Source: an uncultured Desulfovibrionaceae bacterium (GTDB taxonomy: Bacteria > Bacillota > Dethiobacteria > DTU022 > UBA8154). From it: DNA of 64,000 nt. Below, one piece after another: positions 40,715 to 50,188 of the stretch; positions within the stretch are counted from its first letter, which is position 1, and each line of letters starts with the position of its first letter. The notes beneath the pieces were generated by a model. That model ran no database searches, had not been told where the DNA came from, and saw nothing but the letters and a program-made list of their open reading frames with translations. The stretch lies in the NCBI GenBank assembly GCA_964603615.1, contig CAZRVU010000006.1, positions 12,249 through 76,248 on the forward strand, read 5' to 3'. The translations under genes were made by a program, and so were the position numbers.

Positions 40715-40807
40715 AAATCTATTATAAACTAAATTGGACTTGTTGCAAAGATTTTTGCGGGCTAGAACCCGGGTTGTTTCAAAAAACAATAATCTTTTTA
40801 ACAAGCT

Positions 40808-41536
40808 TCATAAAACTTGATTTTCCAGCAACCGTTCCACTCCCACCGGTGCAATCCCGTTGCTGTCTTCCCCGGTATTTTTAAAAGTAAAAGTTCTTTT
40901 AATAATATCGTCAAGCTGTTCGGCTTGCAGGGTAAAAACTATGCGATTAATGAACAAACTATCCGCGTCCAGAAAAAACAAACATTCAAGTCGTGAAATA
41001 TCATCTTGTAGGTAGTTACAAAATAATGCTGTTTCTTTAATTTCCGTAACAGGAATAGGTAAAAAAATAGTTTTCTCCCGTTCCGCAGTATTTTTAACAA
41101 ACTTGGCCTTACAGAAAAGATGCGACCAGGTCGTTAGCTGCTCAAAAGGAGAAATAAAAAAATCTTTTAGGGCATGCAACTCCAAGTCGGTAGTTTTTTT
41201 CCAAACACTATCCTTTAAATCTCTCACATATAGTAATCCGGAAACATGTTTATATACTTCGAGCTCGTAAGCGGGAAACCAACCCCGCATATCATTATTT
41301 TTAAAGCTGCCCTCGAAATCTATTTTGTAGCCTGGACCTTGCTCTTGAATGTCCAGTTTTAAATAATTCTGGCTTTGCTCCATTTTTTGCAGGGCGTTTT
41401 GCAGTATTTTGCCCGGGTAAGCATTCTTCAATAACAGCAGGTGCAAGCAGGTTAAAATAGCAAACAAGAAAAGAAATACAGGCAACAAAGCTATTTCCCA
41501 TTTTAACCCGGTCTTTTTTTTTATGTGTGGTATCAC
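40808..41536 (-). CDS. Hypothetical membrane-anchored/exported protein
   Basis: 242-aa ORF with an N-terminal hydrophobic helix and RBS; no family recognised. Confidence 0.65.
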   Translation of the reverse strand: MIPHIKKKTGLKWEIALLPVFLFLFAILTCLHLLLLKNAYPGKILQNALQKMEQSQNYLKLDIQEQGPGYKIDFEGSFKNNDMRGWFPAYELEVYKHVSGLLYVRDLKDSVWKKTTDLELHALKDFFISPFEQLTTWSHLFCKAKFVKNTAEREKTIFLPIPVTEIKETALFCNYLQDDISRLECLFFLDADSLFINRIVFTLQAEQLDDIIKRTFTFKNTGEDSNGIAPVGVERLLENQVL

Positions 41537-41660
41537 AAAAAATCCCCCCTTTTCAGGCCTTAAATTATTTTATGGCCTGAAAGGGAGAAGTATAACCACT
41601 AGTGCAGAGTTATAAAACCCCAGCACAATACTAACCATCTATCCGTTTTATTTACTTTTT

Positions 41661-43100
41661 TTAGCCTCCTCCCCCCTCCCCTTTGATTACAGCTAAGGGA
41701 GTAAGACGGGCCACTTTTTTAATGATGCCAATTTCGGCCAGGGTATCAACGACGGCATCGATATCTTTGTAAGCACGGGGTGCTTCGTCCAAGATGTTTG
41801 TTTCCCTATCCCCATAAAAAATGATGGAGCCTAGCTGTTCCCGTAACATTTCCACGGTGATTTGCCGGCGCGCTTCACGCCGCGACATTACTCTGCCAGC
41901 TCCATGGTTCACAGAATAAAAAGTTTCCAACACCTGGGGGGTAGCAACAATGATGTAAGAAGAAGTACCCATGCTACCCGGAATAAAAACCGGATGGCCA
42001 CAGGAACGGTAGGCCGCCGGGTTGTCACGGTGCTTCGGGGGCAAAGCGCGGGTTGCACCTTTGCGGTGGATTAAAAGTTTACGCCCCTCCACTTCCTCAT
42101 ATTTGGCAATGTTATGAGCTACATCATAGACTACCCCCAAATCCATCTCCGTAGCGCTACAGTCAAAATAATCACTAAATGCTTCCCTGACGTCATAAGT
42201 GATGATCTGACGGTTGGCAAAAGCAAAGTTGATGGCGGCAGACATAGCTGCAAAGTAATCCTTTCCTTCCGGGGAATGAATGGGCACAGCAGCCAGGCCG
42301 CGCGAGGGAAGCTCTAGCCCGTAGCGTGCCGCGCTTTTTTCCATAATAGCAGAATAATCTGTGCAGATCTGATGCCCAAAGCCGCGACTACCGGTATGGA
42401 TAAGGATGCTTAAGCTACCATTTACTAGTTGAAATAATTTAGCACTTTCTTGATCATAGATCTCCGCTACCTTCCCCAGTTCAATAAAATGGTTACCGCC
42501 GCCAATTGTGGAAAGCTGGTTCCCACGTTTTTGAGCTTTTTTGCTAACCCGGGAAAGGTCAGCTCCAGGGAAAAAACCTTCTTCTTCCATAAAAAAGCGG
42601 TCTTCGGGGCGCGCATAGCCCAGCTTCAAAAGAACAGGAAAACCGGATTCAATAATCTCCTCAAAGTGCTGGCCCAGTCGTGCCTGGTGTTTACTGGTTT
42701 TTCCAATACCAGTTGGAACACGGGAGGCAATTTTCCGCAGCAAGTTTTCCAAATCTTTTTTTCTTAAACTATCAGCCCTAATTGCCGTGCGCAAAAGCCT
42801 TACACCACAGTTAATATCCATGCCCACTGCACCGGCAGAGATCAGGCCATCTGGTACCTTCATAGCCATCACCCCGCCTATTGGTAAACCGTAGCCGGAA
42901 TGAATATCAGGCATACCGAAGACGTACTTGTAAACCCCCGGCAAAGAAGCAGCATCACAAAGTTGTTCTAGGGATTCTTTTTCCAAATAATTTTCAAAAA
43001 GGAAATCATTTAAATATATTTTAACTTCAACCCGCATTTTCCCAAAACAGGGGATTCTATAACAATTTAAAGCATATTTTTCGATCTGCAAGACATTCAC
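41661..43100 (-). CDS. rtcB: RNA-splicing/repair ligase RtcB
   Basis: MPDIHSGYGLPIGG, VGMDINCGVRL, GGGNHFIE, IHTGSRGFGHQ, YDVAHN, HRKGATRA, PGSMG, HGAGR..SR, DEAP.AYKDI. Confidence 0.96.
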   Translation of the reverse strand: MNVLQIEKYALNCYRIPCFGKMRVEVKIYLNDFLFENYLEKESLEQLCDAASLPGVYKYVFGMPDIHSGYGLPIGGVMAMKVPDGLISAGAVGMDINCGVRLLRTAIRADSLRKKDLENLLRKIASRVPTGIGKTSKHQARLGQHFEEIIESGFPVLLKLGYARPEDRFFMEEEGFFPGADLSRVSKKAQKRGNQLSTIGGGNHFIELGKVAEIYDQESAKLFQLVNGSLSILIHTGSRGFGHQICTDYSAIMEKSAARYGLELPSRGLAAVPIHSPEGKDYFAAMSAAINFAFANRQIITYDVREAFSDYFDCSATEMDLGVVYDVAHNIAKYEEVEGRKLLIHRKGATRALPPKHRDNPAAYRSCGHPVFIPGSMGTSSYIIVATPQVLETFYSVNHGAGRVMSRREARRQITVEMLREQLGSIIFYGDRETNILDEAPRAYKDIDAVVDTLAEIGIIKKVARLTPLAVIKGEGGGG

Positions 43101-43135
43101 CCGTATAAAATATTTAAGTGCAACATAATGTTATT

Positions 43136-43912
43136 TTATATTTCCCATTCAATCTCCTGCAACTTTTTAATCAGTTGATAATTAGTTAAATCAAAATGCA
43201 GGGGGGTAATTGAGATATAAGCATTATTGAGAGCCGTCACATCGGTATCCCCTTCGGCCCTATCTTCAATATCAATCGCTTCGCCTGCCAACCAATAGTA
43301 GTTTTTGCCCCGGGGGTCAATTCTTTTTTCAAAAGCATTGCGGTAAAGACGCACGCCAAGCCTGGTTACTGCTACACCGGCGATCTCCTGACGGTCTTTA
43401 GCCGGAATGTTGATGTTCAGCAAGGTATGCTCCGGCAGATTATAAGCCGGGAAATTTTTTAAAAAACGTTGTAGAAAACCTGCTACAAAATGAAAATCTG
43501 GATTTTCTTGTCCTACCAGCGATACAGCCAGGGCAGGAACACCTAAAATAACCGCTTCGATAGCCGCCGAAACTGTTCCTGAATATAAAATATCGGTTCC
43601 TAAATTTTCCCCTAAATTGATGCCAGAAATTACTAAATCTGGTTTTTGGGGAAGCAGATATTCAATTGCTAGTTTAACGCAATCTGAAGGTGTTCCATTG
43701 ACAGACCATCCCCTTAATAAAGGGTTATGATAAAATTTGACTTCTTCCGCCCGCAGAGGGCGGTGCATGGTAATGGCATGGCCCGTTGCGCTGCGCTCAT
43801 GATCTGGAGCCACAATATAAATTTTAGTATCTTTGGCTTGCAGCATTATATCTGCAAGAATCTGAATGCCCTGGGCATGAATCCCATCATCATTAGTTAA
43901 TAAAATAATCAA
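43136..43912 (-). CDS. surE: 5'/3'-nucleotidase SurE
   Basis: ILLTNDDG, VAPD.ERSATGHAIT, GTPSDCV, SGIN.G.NLG.DILYSGTVSAA. Confidence 0.97.
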   Translation of the reverse strand: MIILLTNDDGIHAQGIQILADIMLQAKDTKIYIVAPDHERSATGHAITMHRPLRAEEVKFYHNPLLRGWSVNGTPSDCVKLAIEYLLPQKPDLVISGINLGENLGTDILYSGTVSAAIEAVILGVPALAVSLVGQENPDFHFVAGFLQRFLKNFPAYNLPEHTLLNINIPAKDRQEIAGVAVTRLGVRLYRNAFEKRIDPRGKNYYWLAGEAIDIEDRAEGDTDVTALNNAYISITPLHFDLTNYQLIKKLQEIEWEI

Positions 43913-43961
43913 TTATCTATCCCTCCGGCCAGTCACCTGTTATCTTTTCTATTATATATTA

Positions 43962-45311
43962 TCATTTAGTCAGTTTTTGTGCCCTTGGAGGTATTTCAAA
44001 AAGAATTCTTTCTTCATCCAAAGTTAATAACCGTCCATTCTCCATCAATACCTGCCCGTCGACCATCACTAAAAATACATCGGCTGCTGCAGCACTGTAA
44101 ACCAGGTGGGCCAGAAGGTTATGTGCCGGGTAAAAATGCGGTTTGTTGAATTTGAGCACAGCCAGATCCGCCTTAGCGCCCACTTTAAGTTGGCCCGTCT
44201 CCACGGGAAGAAAAAGGGCGCGGGCCCCGTTAAGTGTAGCCATTTTAAAAGCTGTTTCCGCAGGTATCACGGTAGGATCCTCCAGCCGGCCTTTCTGTAA
44301 CAGCGCAGCCAACCTCATTTCTTCTAATAGATCAAGATTATTGTTGCTAGCAGCCCCATCCGTGCCCAGCGAGATCAAAACTCCCTTTTGCAGCAACTCC
44401 GCCAAAGGGGCCAGGCCACTACCCAATTTTAAATTGCTACCTGGATTATGTGCAATTGCCACATTATTTGCAGCCAGCAGCTCTATTTCCGCTGCTGAAA
44501 GGTGTACACAGTGTGCAGCCAGGAGGTTATGTTCCAGTAAACCAACCTCATGAGCCAGCTCGACCGGGGTTTTTCCGTATTTCTGGCGTGATTCCTCCAC
44601 TTCCGTGCGGGTTTCCGCCAGGTGAATATGAATGGGCACTTCTAGCTCACCGGCCAACTCCCCGACTTTACGCAGGTAGTCCGGGGGGCAAGTATAAGGG
44701 GCGTGCGGCCCCAACATGACGGTTATTCTCCCTTCACCCTGTTTATGCCAGTTTTGAACCAGAGTTCTGCTTTCCCTGAGCCCAAGTGCTCCTTTTATTT
44801 TATCCATCCCCACAAGACCCTGGGCAAGGGAAACCCTGATGCCACTTTCCAGACAGGCACGTGCCACTTCTTCCATATGAAAATACATGTCGGCAAAACA
44901 GGTGGTTCCCCCTTTTAGCATTTCGGCAATGGCTAACAATGTCCCCCAGTAAATATCTTCTTTTTTTAATTTTGCTTCTGCCGGCCAGATTTTATTTTGC
45001 AACCATTCCTGCAAAGAAAGATCGTCGGCAAAACCCCGAAAAAGAGTCATGGCAGCGTGGGTATGGGTATTGATGAAACCTGGTATGACCAGACTGTCCC
45101 GGATAGCGAGCACCCTGGCAAATTTTACAGCGGGGCGCTCCTGACGAGGCCCTAGATAAGTAATCCGACTATCCTCAATTATCATTTCCGCCTGGGATAA
45201 AACTTTTAGTTCTTCATCCCAGGTTAGAATATAATCTGCTTGTAGAAGTATCTCCCCCGTCACTTTAATCATCTCCTCTTGCAGTGCAATTTTGCCGATC
45301 ATGCTGACCAT
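43962..45311 (-). CDS. mtaD: MTA/SAH deaminase (amidohydrolase, MtaD-like); true start probably a few codons inside
   Basis: PGFINTHTH, GGTTCFADMYF, GPHAPYT, HIHLAET, AHNPGSNLKLGSG, LGTDGAASNN. Confidence 0.85.
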   Translation of the reverse strand: MVSMIGKIALQEEMIKVTGEILLQADYILTWDEELKVLSQAEMIIEDSRITYLGPRQERPAVKFARVLAIRDSLVIPGFINTHTHAAMTLFRGFADDLSLQEWLQNKIWPAEAKLKKEDIYWGTLLAIAEMLKGGTTCFADMYFHMEEVARACLESGIRVSLAQGLVGMDKIKGALGLRESRTLVQNWHKQGEGRITVMLGPHAPYTCPPDYLRKVGELAGELEVPIHIHLAETRTEVEESRQKYGKTPVELAHEVGLLEHNLLAAHCVHLSAAEIELLAANNVAIAHNPGSNLKLGSGLAPLAELLQKGVLISLGTDGAASNNNLDLLEEMRLAALLQKGRLEDPTVIPAETAFKMATLNGARALFLPVETGQLKVGAKADLAVLKFNKPHFYPAHNLLAHLVYSAAAADVFLVMVDGQVLMENGRLLTLDEERILFEIPPRAQKLTK

Positions 45312-45948
45312 AATGTAATAAAAAATTATTTTTTAAAGCTGCTACATCTTCCGGATTTAAAACATGGGGCTGCCCTAGCATTCTTGATAAAAGAATTATG
45401 CGGGCATTTCTTTCAATAACCCGGCAGCACCGCAGCGCTGAGGAAAGATCCGCCCCGATGCTGACCAATCCGTGGTTGGCCAAAAGAACGGCGTTGCCTT
45501 CCTCTCCCAATGCTGCCAGGGCATTGGCGGCTAGCTCCGAACTACCCGGCGGAGCATACGCGGCCACTTTGACTGCCCCGCCCACCACTTGGGCCTGTTC
45601 TTCCAGTGCCGGTGGGATCTCTACCCTGCTTACGGCAAAGGCGGTAGCATAAAGGCTATGCACGTGAACGATCGCCTGGCATTTATTTCTCTTTTTATAA
45701 ATCGCCAGGTGCAAGGGAAGCTCCGTCGAAGGTTTCCAACGACCTTTTAGAGTTTTCCCGGAAGCATCAACGTCAACCAGATCAAAATAGCGCAGTTGAT
45801 CATAAGGGATACCGCTGGGTGTAATCACTATGTGGTTTTCTGCCGGCCTACAACTAATATTGCCCCAGGTCTCAAAACCCAACTCTTCCCGGCAAATCTT
45901 GTAAGCAATATTAACCAGTTCCCTTTTTGCTTTTTCCACAGCGTTCAA
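45265..45948 (-). CDS. Class II aldolase, FucA/Ald2-like (candidate methylthio/5-deoxy-ribulose-1-P aldolase)
   Basis: WGNIS, ITPSG, PSTELPLHLAIY, HVHSLYAT, LLANHGL. Confidence 0.85.
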   Translation of the reverse strand: MNAVEKAKRELVNIAYKICREELGFETWGNISCRPAENHIVITPSGIPYDQLRYFDLVDVDASGKTLKGRWKPSTELPLHLAIYKKRNKCQAIVHVHSLYATAFAVSRVEIPPALEEQAQVVGGAVKVAAYAPPGSSELAANALAALGEEGNAVLLANHGLVSIGADLSSALRCCRVIERNARIILLSRMLGQPHVLNPEDVAALKNNFLLHYGQHDRQNCTARGDD

Positions 45949-47036
45949 GAAGTAACCCCCTTTTGCTGGATAAACTCCCTCAATTTCTTTTCACGCGGAA
46001 AAGGCAAAATACCATGTTCGGTAATCAATACCGTAATTAAATGGGCCGGGGTGATGTCGAAAGCCGGGTTTTTCGCCCGGGCCCGGGTGCCAGGTGGTGA
46101 AAGATTAATCCCTCTAAATGTAGTTATCTCCTGTGCCTCTCTCTCCTCCACAACAATATCTTTGCCGGAATTGATAGAAAGATCAATGGTAGAAAAAGGA
46201 ACAGCAACATAAAAAGGCAGGTTGTTGGCCTGGGCTAGAACAGCCAGCATATAAGTCCCGATCTTGTTTGCTACATCACCATTGGCAGCAACCCGATCCG
46301 CACCAACGATCACACAACTGATCTCCCTCTTGTGCATGAAGTAGCCGGCAGCGCTGTCCACAATTATGGAGAAGGGGATTCCTTCCTTTTGTAACTCCCA
46401 GGCGGTTAGGCGGGATCCCTGTAAAAAAGGCCTTGTTTCGCAAGCGTAAACGTGTTTGATTTTACCGGCATTATAAGCACTTTTAAGCACCCCGAGAGCT
46501 GTGCCATAACCTGCCGTGGCCAAAGCACCTGCGTTGCAATGTGTTAAAACATTGGCTGCAGCGCCAAACAACTTTACTCCCCATTGGCCGATTTTTTTAT
46601 TAATGCTGATATCCTCTTCATAAATTCGGAGAGCTTCTTGTTCAAGTTCTTGCCATAAAATATCCGGCGGAACCGCTTTTAAATCCCAACATTTGTTAAG
46701 CATTCTTTTAATTCCCCAGGCCAAATTAACGGCTGTCGGGCGGGTTGCCTGCAAAGCATCGCCAGTCAGCGTTAAATAATTGAACAGGTCGTCAAAGGAA
46801 AGGCTCTTTTCCTTTTTATCCTGCTCAAGAGTACAATTACGTGCGGCCAGCACCAAAGCAAAAGCAGCCGCCACCCCTATGGCCGGGGCACCACGCACAA
46901 CCATTTTCTGAATACACTCCTGGACATCTGCCGGGGTATAACAAGTTATATATATTTCTTTTTCCGGCAAAGCCCTTTGATCCAGTAGCTGCAGCATTTG
47001 ATCCTGCCATACCAGCGGGCGGATTTCTTCTGCCAA
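45945..47036 (-). CDS. mtnA: Methylthioribose-1-phosphate isomerase
   Basis: LLDQRALP, MVVRGAPAIG, TRPTAVNL, LTHCNAGALATAGYGTALG, ETRPFLQGSRLTAWEL, ANKIGTY, NPAFDITP. Confidence 0.97.
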   Translation of the reverse strand: MAEEIRPLVWQDQMLQLLDQRALPEKEIYITCYTPADVQECIQKMVVRGAPAIGVAAAFALVLAARNCTLEQDKKEKSLSFDDLFNYLTLTGDALQATRPTAVNLAWGIKRMLNKCWDLKAVPPDILWQELEQEALRIYEEDISINKKIGQWGVKLFGAAANVLTHCNAGALATAGYGTALGVLKSAYNAGKIKHVYACETRPFLQGSRLTAWELQKEGIPFSIIVDSAAGYFMHKREISCVIVGADRVAANGDVANKIGTYMLAVLAQANNLPFYVAVPFSTIDLSINSGKDIVVEEREAQEITTFRGINLSPPGTRARAKNPAFDITPAHLITVLITEHGILPFPREKKLREFIQQKGVTS

Positions 47037-47064
47037 ACTAATCTGCCTCCTTTTTCTGTAGGTC

Positions 47065-47859
47065 TTATTGTCCCAGGGGATAGTCTTCTTCCTGCCAACA
47101 ACAACATCTTCTCTCCGCCGGCAAGGAAATAAGTGTTTCCAGCAAAACCTCCCTAATTACAGCTAATTTTTCTTGCATCATTTCCACTACTTCCTGATGA
47201 TTGAGAGAGTTTGGTGATATTCCCGCCGCAAAATTAGTTACCAAAGAAAGATTGGCGTAGCATAAGCCAGCCTCCCGGGCAAGAGTGACCTCCGGCACAT
47301 TAGTCATGCCTACAAGATCGGCCCCCAGAAGAGCATAAGCTTTGATCTCCGCTGGTGTTTCATAACGCGGTCCTTCTGTACAGAGATAAGTTCCTTGCCC
47401 GGCATAATAGATATTTTTGCTGCTTAGTGTCGTTTTTAAATGTTCCCTGATCTGTGGACAGTAGGGATCGGTAAAATCGGTATGGACCACGCCTTTTTCG
47501 TCCCCACCGTCATAAAAGGTCTGCGGGCGATTTTTTGTAAAATCAATAAATTGATCGGTAATCACCAGTAACCCCGGCGTTAGCCGTTCCTGTAATGAAC
47601 CTACCGCTGTAGTCGACAGAACCCTTTGGACACCTATCTTTTTGAGGGCAGCAATATTGGCCCGGTAATTAATGCGGTGGGGAGGTAGGGCATGCTGCTT
47701 TCCATGACGGGCTAAAAAAACCAGGGGTACACCCCGATATGTGCCGGCAATCAACAGTGCCTCTCCAAAAACTGTTTTGATTGTGAGCTCCCGGCTGTCT
47801 TGCAAAATGCCAGGATGGTAAAAGCCTGTTCCCCCGATAACAGCCAGATTAATCTCCAT
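47065..47859 (-). CDS. mtaP: MTA/MTI phosphorylase (start at ATG 47859)
   Basis: AVIGGTG, FLARHG..H..PPH.INYRANI, AVGSL, HTDFTDPYCP, TEGPRYET.AE, DLVGMT. Confidence 0.92.
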   Translation of the reverse strand: MEINLAVIGGTGFYHPGILQDSRELTIKTVFGEALLIAGTYRGVPLVFLARHGKQHALPPHRINYRANIAALKKIGVQRVLSTTAVGSLQERLTPGLLVITDQFIDFTKNRPQTFYDGGDEKGVVHTDFTDPYCPQIREHLKTTLSSKNIYYAGQGTYLCTEGPRYETPAEIKAYALLGADLVGMTNVPEVTLAREAGLCYANLSLVTNFAAGISPNSLNHQEVVEMMQEKLAVIREVLLETLISLPAERRCCCWQEEDYPLGQ

Positions 47860-47910
47860 GATGAACACCCGGCAGCAAACAAACCGGGCTCCTCCCTTCA
47901 CCTGTAGTTT

Positions 47911-49155
47911 TTAAAAATCCCAACTTTTTAAATAGGTTTTTTGTTCTGTAGTTAGCGTATCGATATTGATCTTTAATGCTTTTAATTTTAGCCGGGCCAC
48001 TTCCCGGTCCAGCTCTGGCGGTAGCAGTAATACCTCATTGGGTAAACGCCCTTTATTGTCCAGAAGGTATTTTAAAGCCAAAACCTGCAAACCGAAAGAT
48101 AGATCCATGATCTCTATAGGGTGACCATCAGCAGCAACTAAATTAACTAACCGCCCTTCTCCAAGTAAATATAGGCGCCGCCCATCAGGGAAAGTATAGG
48201 CCTCCACGTTTTGACGGGCCGGGCGGGGTGGGCCGGTTGATTCAACCAGAGATTCCTTATCAATTTCGATGTCAAAATGCCCGGCATTACACAGGATGGC
48301 ACCATCTTTCATCACTGCAAAATGCGGTGCGCTTAATACTTTACTGCATCCGGTAACCGTAATAAAAATATCTCCCTGCGCAGCAGCCTGCAACAAAGAT
48401 AGAACCTGGTGGCCATCCATATGTGCTTCCAAAGCCTTGATCTCATCCACTTCACAGACGATCACTTTGGCCCCCAAACCTTTGGCTCTAAGGGCAACCC
48501 CTTTTCCGCACCAGCCATAGCCAATCACAACTACATTTTTTCCGGCAACGATCATGTTTGTCGAGCGCATGATCCCATCCCAAACCGACTGGCCTGTACC
48601 ATAACGGTTGTCAAAAAGGTGCTTACAACGCGCGTCATTGACGGCAATCATAGGAAAACCCAGGGCTTTTTCCCCGGCCATAGACCGTAATCTGAGCAAA
48701 CCCGTGGTTGTTTCTTCTGCACCTCCAATTATTTGGGGAATATCCCGGGAAAATTTTTTATGCAACAGTGAAACCAGATCGCCCCCATCATCGATGATCA
48801 AATGGGGTTTTGTAGCAGCAGTTCGATAAAGGTGCTCTTTGTATTCTTCCGGCGTAGCTCCATGCCAGGCAAAAACCTCCACCCCTTCCCGGGCTAAAGC
48901 AGCAGCCACATCATCTTGAGTCGAGAGAGGGTTACTACCGGTAACAACAACTTTTGCGCCAGCGGCCTGAAGAGTCAGAGCCATAAAGGCTGTTTTAGCT
49001 TCCAAATGGATACATACGGCAATTTTTTGCTCTTTAAAGGTTTTATTTTGTCGCAAAACGTTCCACAATTCCTGCAAGATGGGCATGTGTTCCCGGGCCC
49101 AGGCTATTTTTACCAGTCCCTGGGGGGCAAGATTCTTTTCTCTTATTAATGACAA
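47911..49155 (-). CDS. ahcY: S-adenosylhomocysteine hydrolase
   Basis: HLEAKTA, SNPLSTQDDVAAAL, DDGGDL, EETTTG, FDNRYGTGQS, GYGWCGKG, GEGRLVNL..A.GHP. Confidence 0.97.
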   Translation of the reverse strand: MSLIREKNLAPQGLVKIAWAREHMPILQELWNVLRQNKTFKEQKIAVCIHLEAKTAFMALTLQAAGAKVVVTGSNPLSTQDDVAAALAREGVEVFAWHGATPEEYKEHLYRTAATKPHLIIDDGGDLVSLLHKKFSRDIPQIIGGAEETTTGLLRLRSMAGEKALGFPMIAVNDARCKHLFDNRYGTGQSVWDGIMRSTNMIVAGKNVVVIGYGWCGKGVALRAKGLGAKVIVCEVDEIKALEAHMDGHQVLSLLQAAAQGDIFITVTGCSKVLSAPHFAVMKDGAILCNAGHFDIEIDKESLVESTGPPRPARQNVEAYTFPDGRRLYLLGEGRLVNLVAADGHPIEIMDLSFGLQVLALKYLLDNKGRLPNEVLLLPPELDREVARLKLKALKINIDTLTTEQKTYLKSWDF

Positions 49156-49378
49156 AAGAGATCACCCTTTCCGAATTTGATAAGAAATCCTAAAGTTTTA
49201 TCTACTATTAGTTTGTGCACTTTAACACCTTGATACTTTACTGCATACTTCGAGAAATTGAAAAGTAATTCCTGCAATCTCAATTTTTCCTTGATCGACT
49301 GAAAATGAAAATACTCCCGTAATAAATTCCGGGAGTATACCATACAGACTGGCAACAATGTCGATTATAGATGTCATC

Positions 49379-49410
49379 ACATTTTAAAACGGTGCCTTAA
49401 AATGTCAATT
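49379..49410 (-). promoter_or_regulatory. Sigma-A-like promoter upstream of ahcY overlapped by a 9-9-9 inverted repeat
   Basis: Minus strand TTGACA-16-TAAAAT; ACATTTTAA-N9-TTAAAATGT at 49379-49405. Confidence 0.45.
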
Positions 49411-49546
49411 AATGTATTAAAATATTTTGTAAATGGGGTCTTTGGTTACATCAAATGGAAGCATCGAATAGCCTCCAGTACGAACCCCAAACATTTACTA
49501 TAACTTACACTTTAAAAAGTTAATAAGGATCGGAAATATTTAATTT

Positions 49547-50158
49547 CTAGATATTAATCAGCTTCGTTGCCAGTGCCATTTTTTCTGTAGTGCCATACAT
49601 ATCTGTAACTGTTCCAACAACAAGTTTGTCCTGTAATTCAAAAAAGTTCAAGCAGGTGCCACAGGAAAGTATAACGGTACCCTTTTCCTCCAAAGTTTTC
49701 AAGTCTTCAATAGTGTTAGAACCTTCTGTGGTTAAGTAAACCCCTGTATTAAAAAAAATAAGGTATTGGGGATGATTTTCAAGTTCTGTCAATGAATATA
49801 TAAAGCTTTTCATTAATATTTTTCCCAGTTCATTAGAGCCTGAACCCATATAATTGCTACCGATTGTTACTACCAGGGACTCCGAAGGATCTTTATCCTC
49901 ACGCTTTTCCTTATCTTCCGGTATATCTTTTATTAAATTTGGATGATCCAAGCCTATAAAGGTTTTAAAAGAATTCTCCGCAATCTTCTCATAGGAAAAA
50001 TCATAGCCTTCGCTAGTTGCCATCTTTTTTAAATTTTCTACTGCAGCCATATTGTCTATTAAGAATATAGTCTTTTCTCCACCAGTTTTTGCCAAGGTTT
50101 TTTTTGCCTCAATCACCGGTATAGGACATGGTTTCCCGGATAAATCAATTGTTTTCAT
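49547..50158 (-). CDS. yedF: Selenium metabolism sulfurtransferase-like protein YedF (TusA + DsrE domains)
   Basis: IDLSGKPCPIPVIEAKK, MGSGSNELGKILMKSFIYSL, N.GV.L, SCGTCLNFF, VG.VTDMY. Confidence 0.9.
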   Translation of the reverse strand: MKTIDLSGKPCPIPVIEAKKTLAKTGGEKTIFLIDNMAAVENLKKMATSEGYDFSYEKIAENSFKTFIGLDHPNLIKDIPEDKEKREDKDPSESLVVTIGSNYMGSGSNELGKILMKSFIYSLTELENHPQYLIFFNTGVYLTTEGSNTIEDLKTLEEKGTVILSCGTCLNFFELQDKLVVGTVTDMYGTTEKMALATKLINI

Positions 50159-50188
50159 AATAAACACCCCTTTTAAAAATTTATTTTT

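Noticed and set aside
49156-49546. SAM-I (S-box) or SAH riboswitch upstream of ahcY
   Set aside because: I could not find the characteristic ATC..GAG / GCAAC / GTGC core sequences by eye. An Rfam scan would settle it.
49156-49546. att-site direct repeat of the tRNA-Leu 3' end bounding the selenium islet
   Set aside because: No copy of the tRNA 3' sequence was found and no integrase is present, so the islet call rests on composition and position only.
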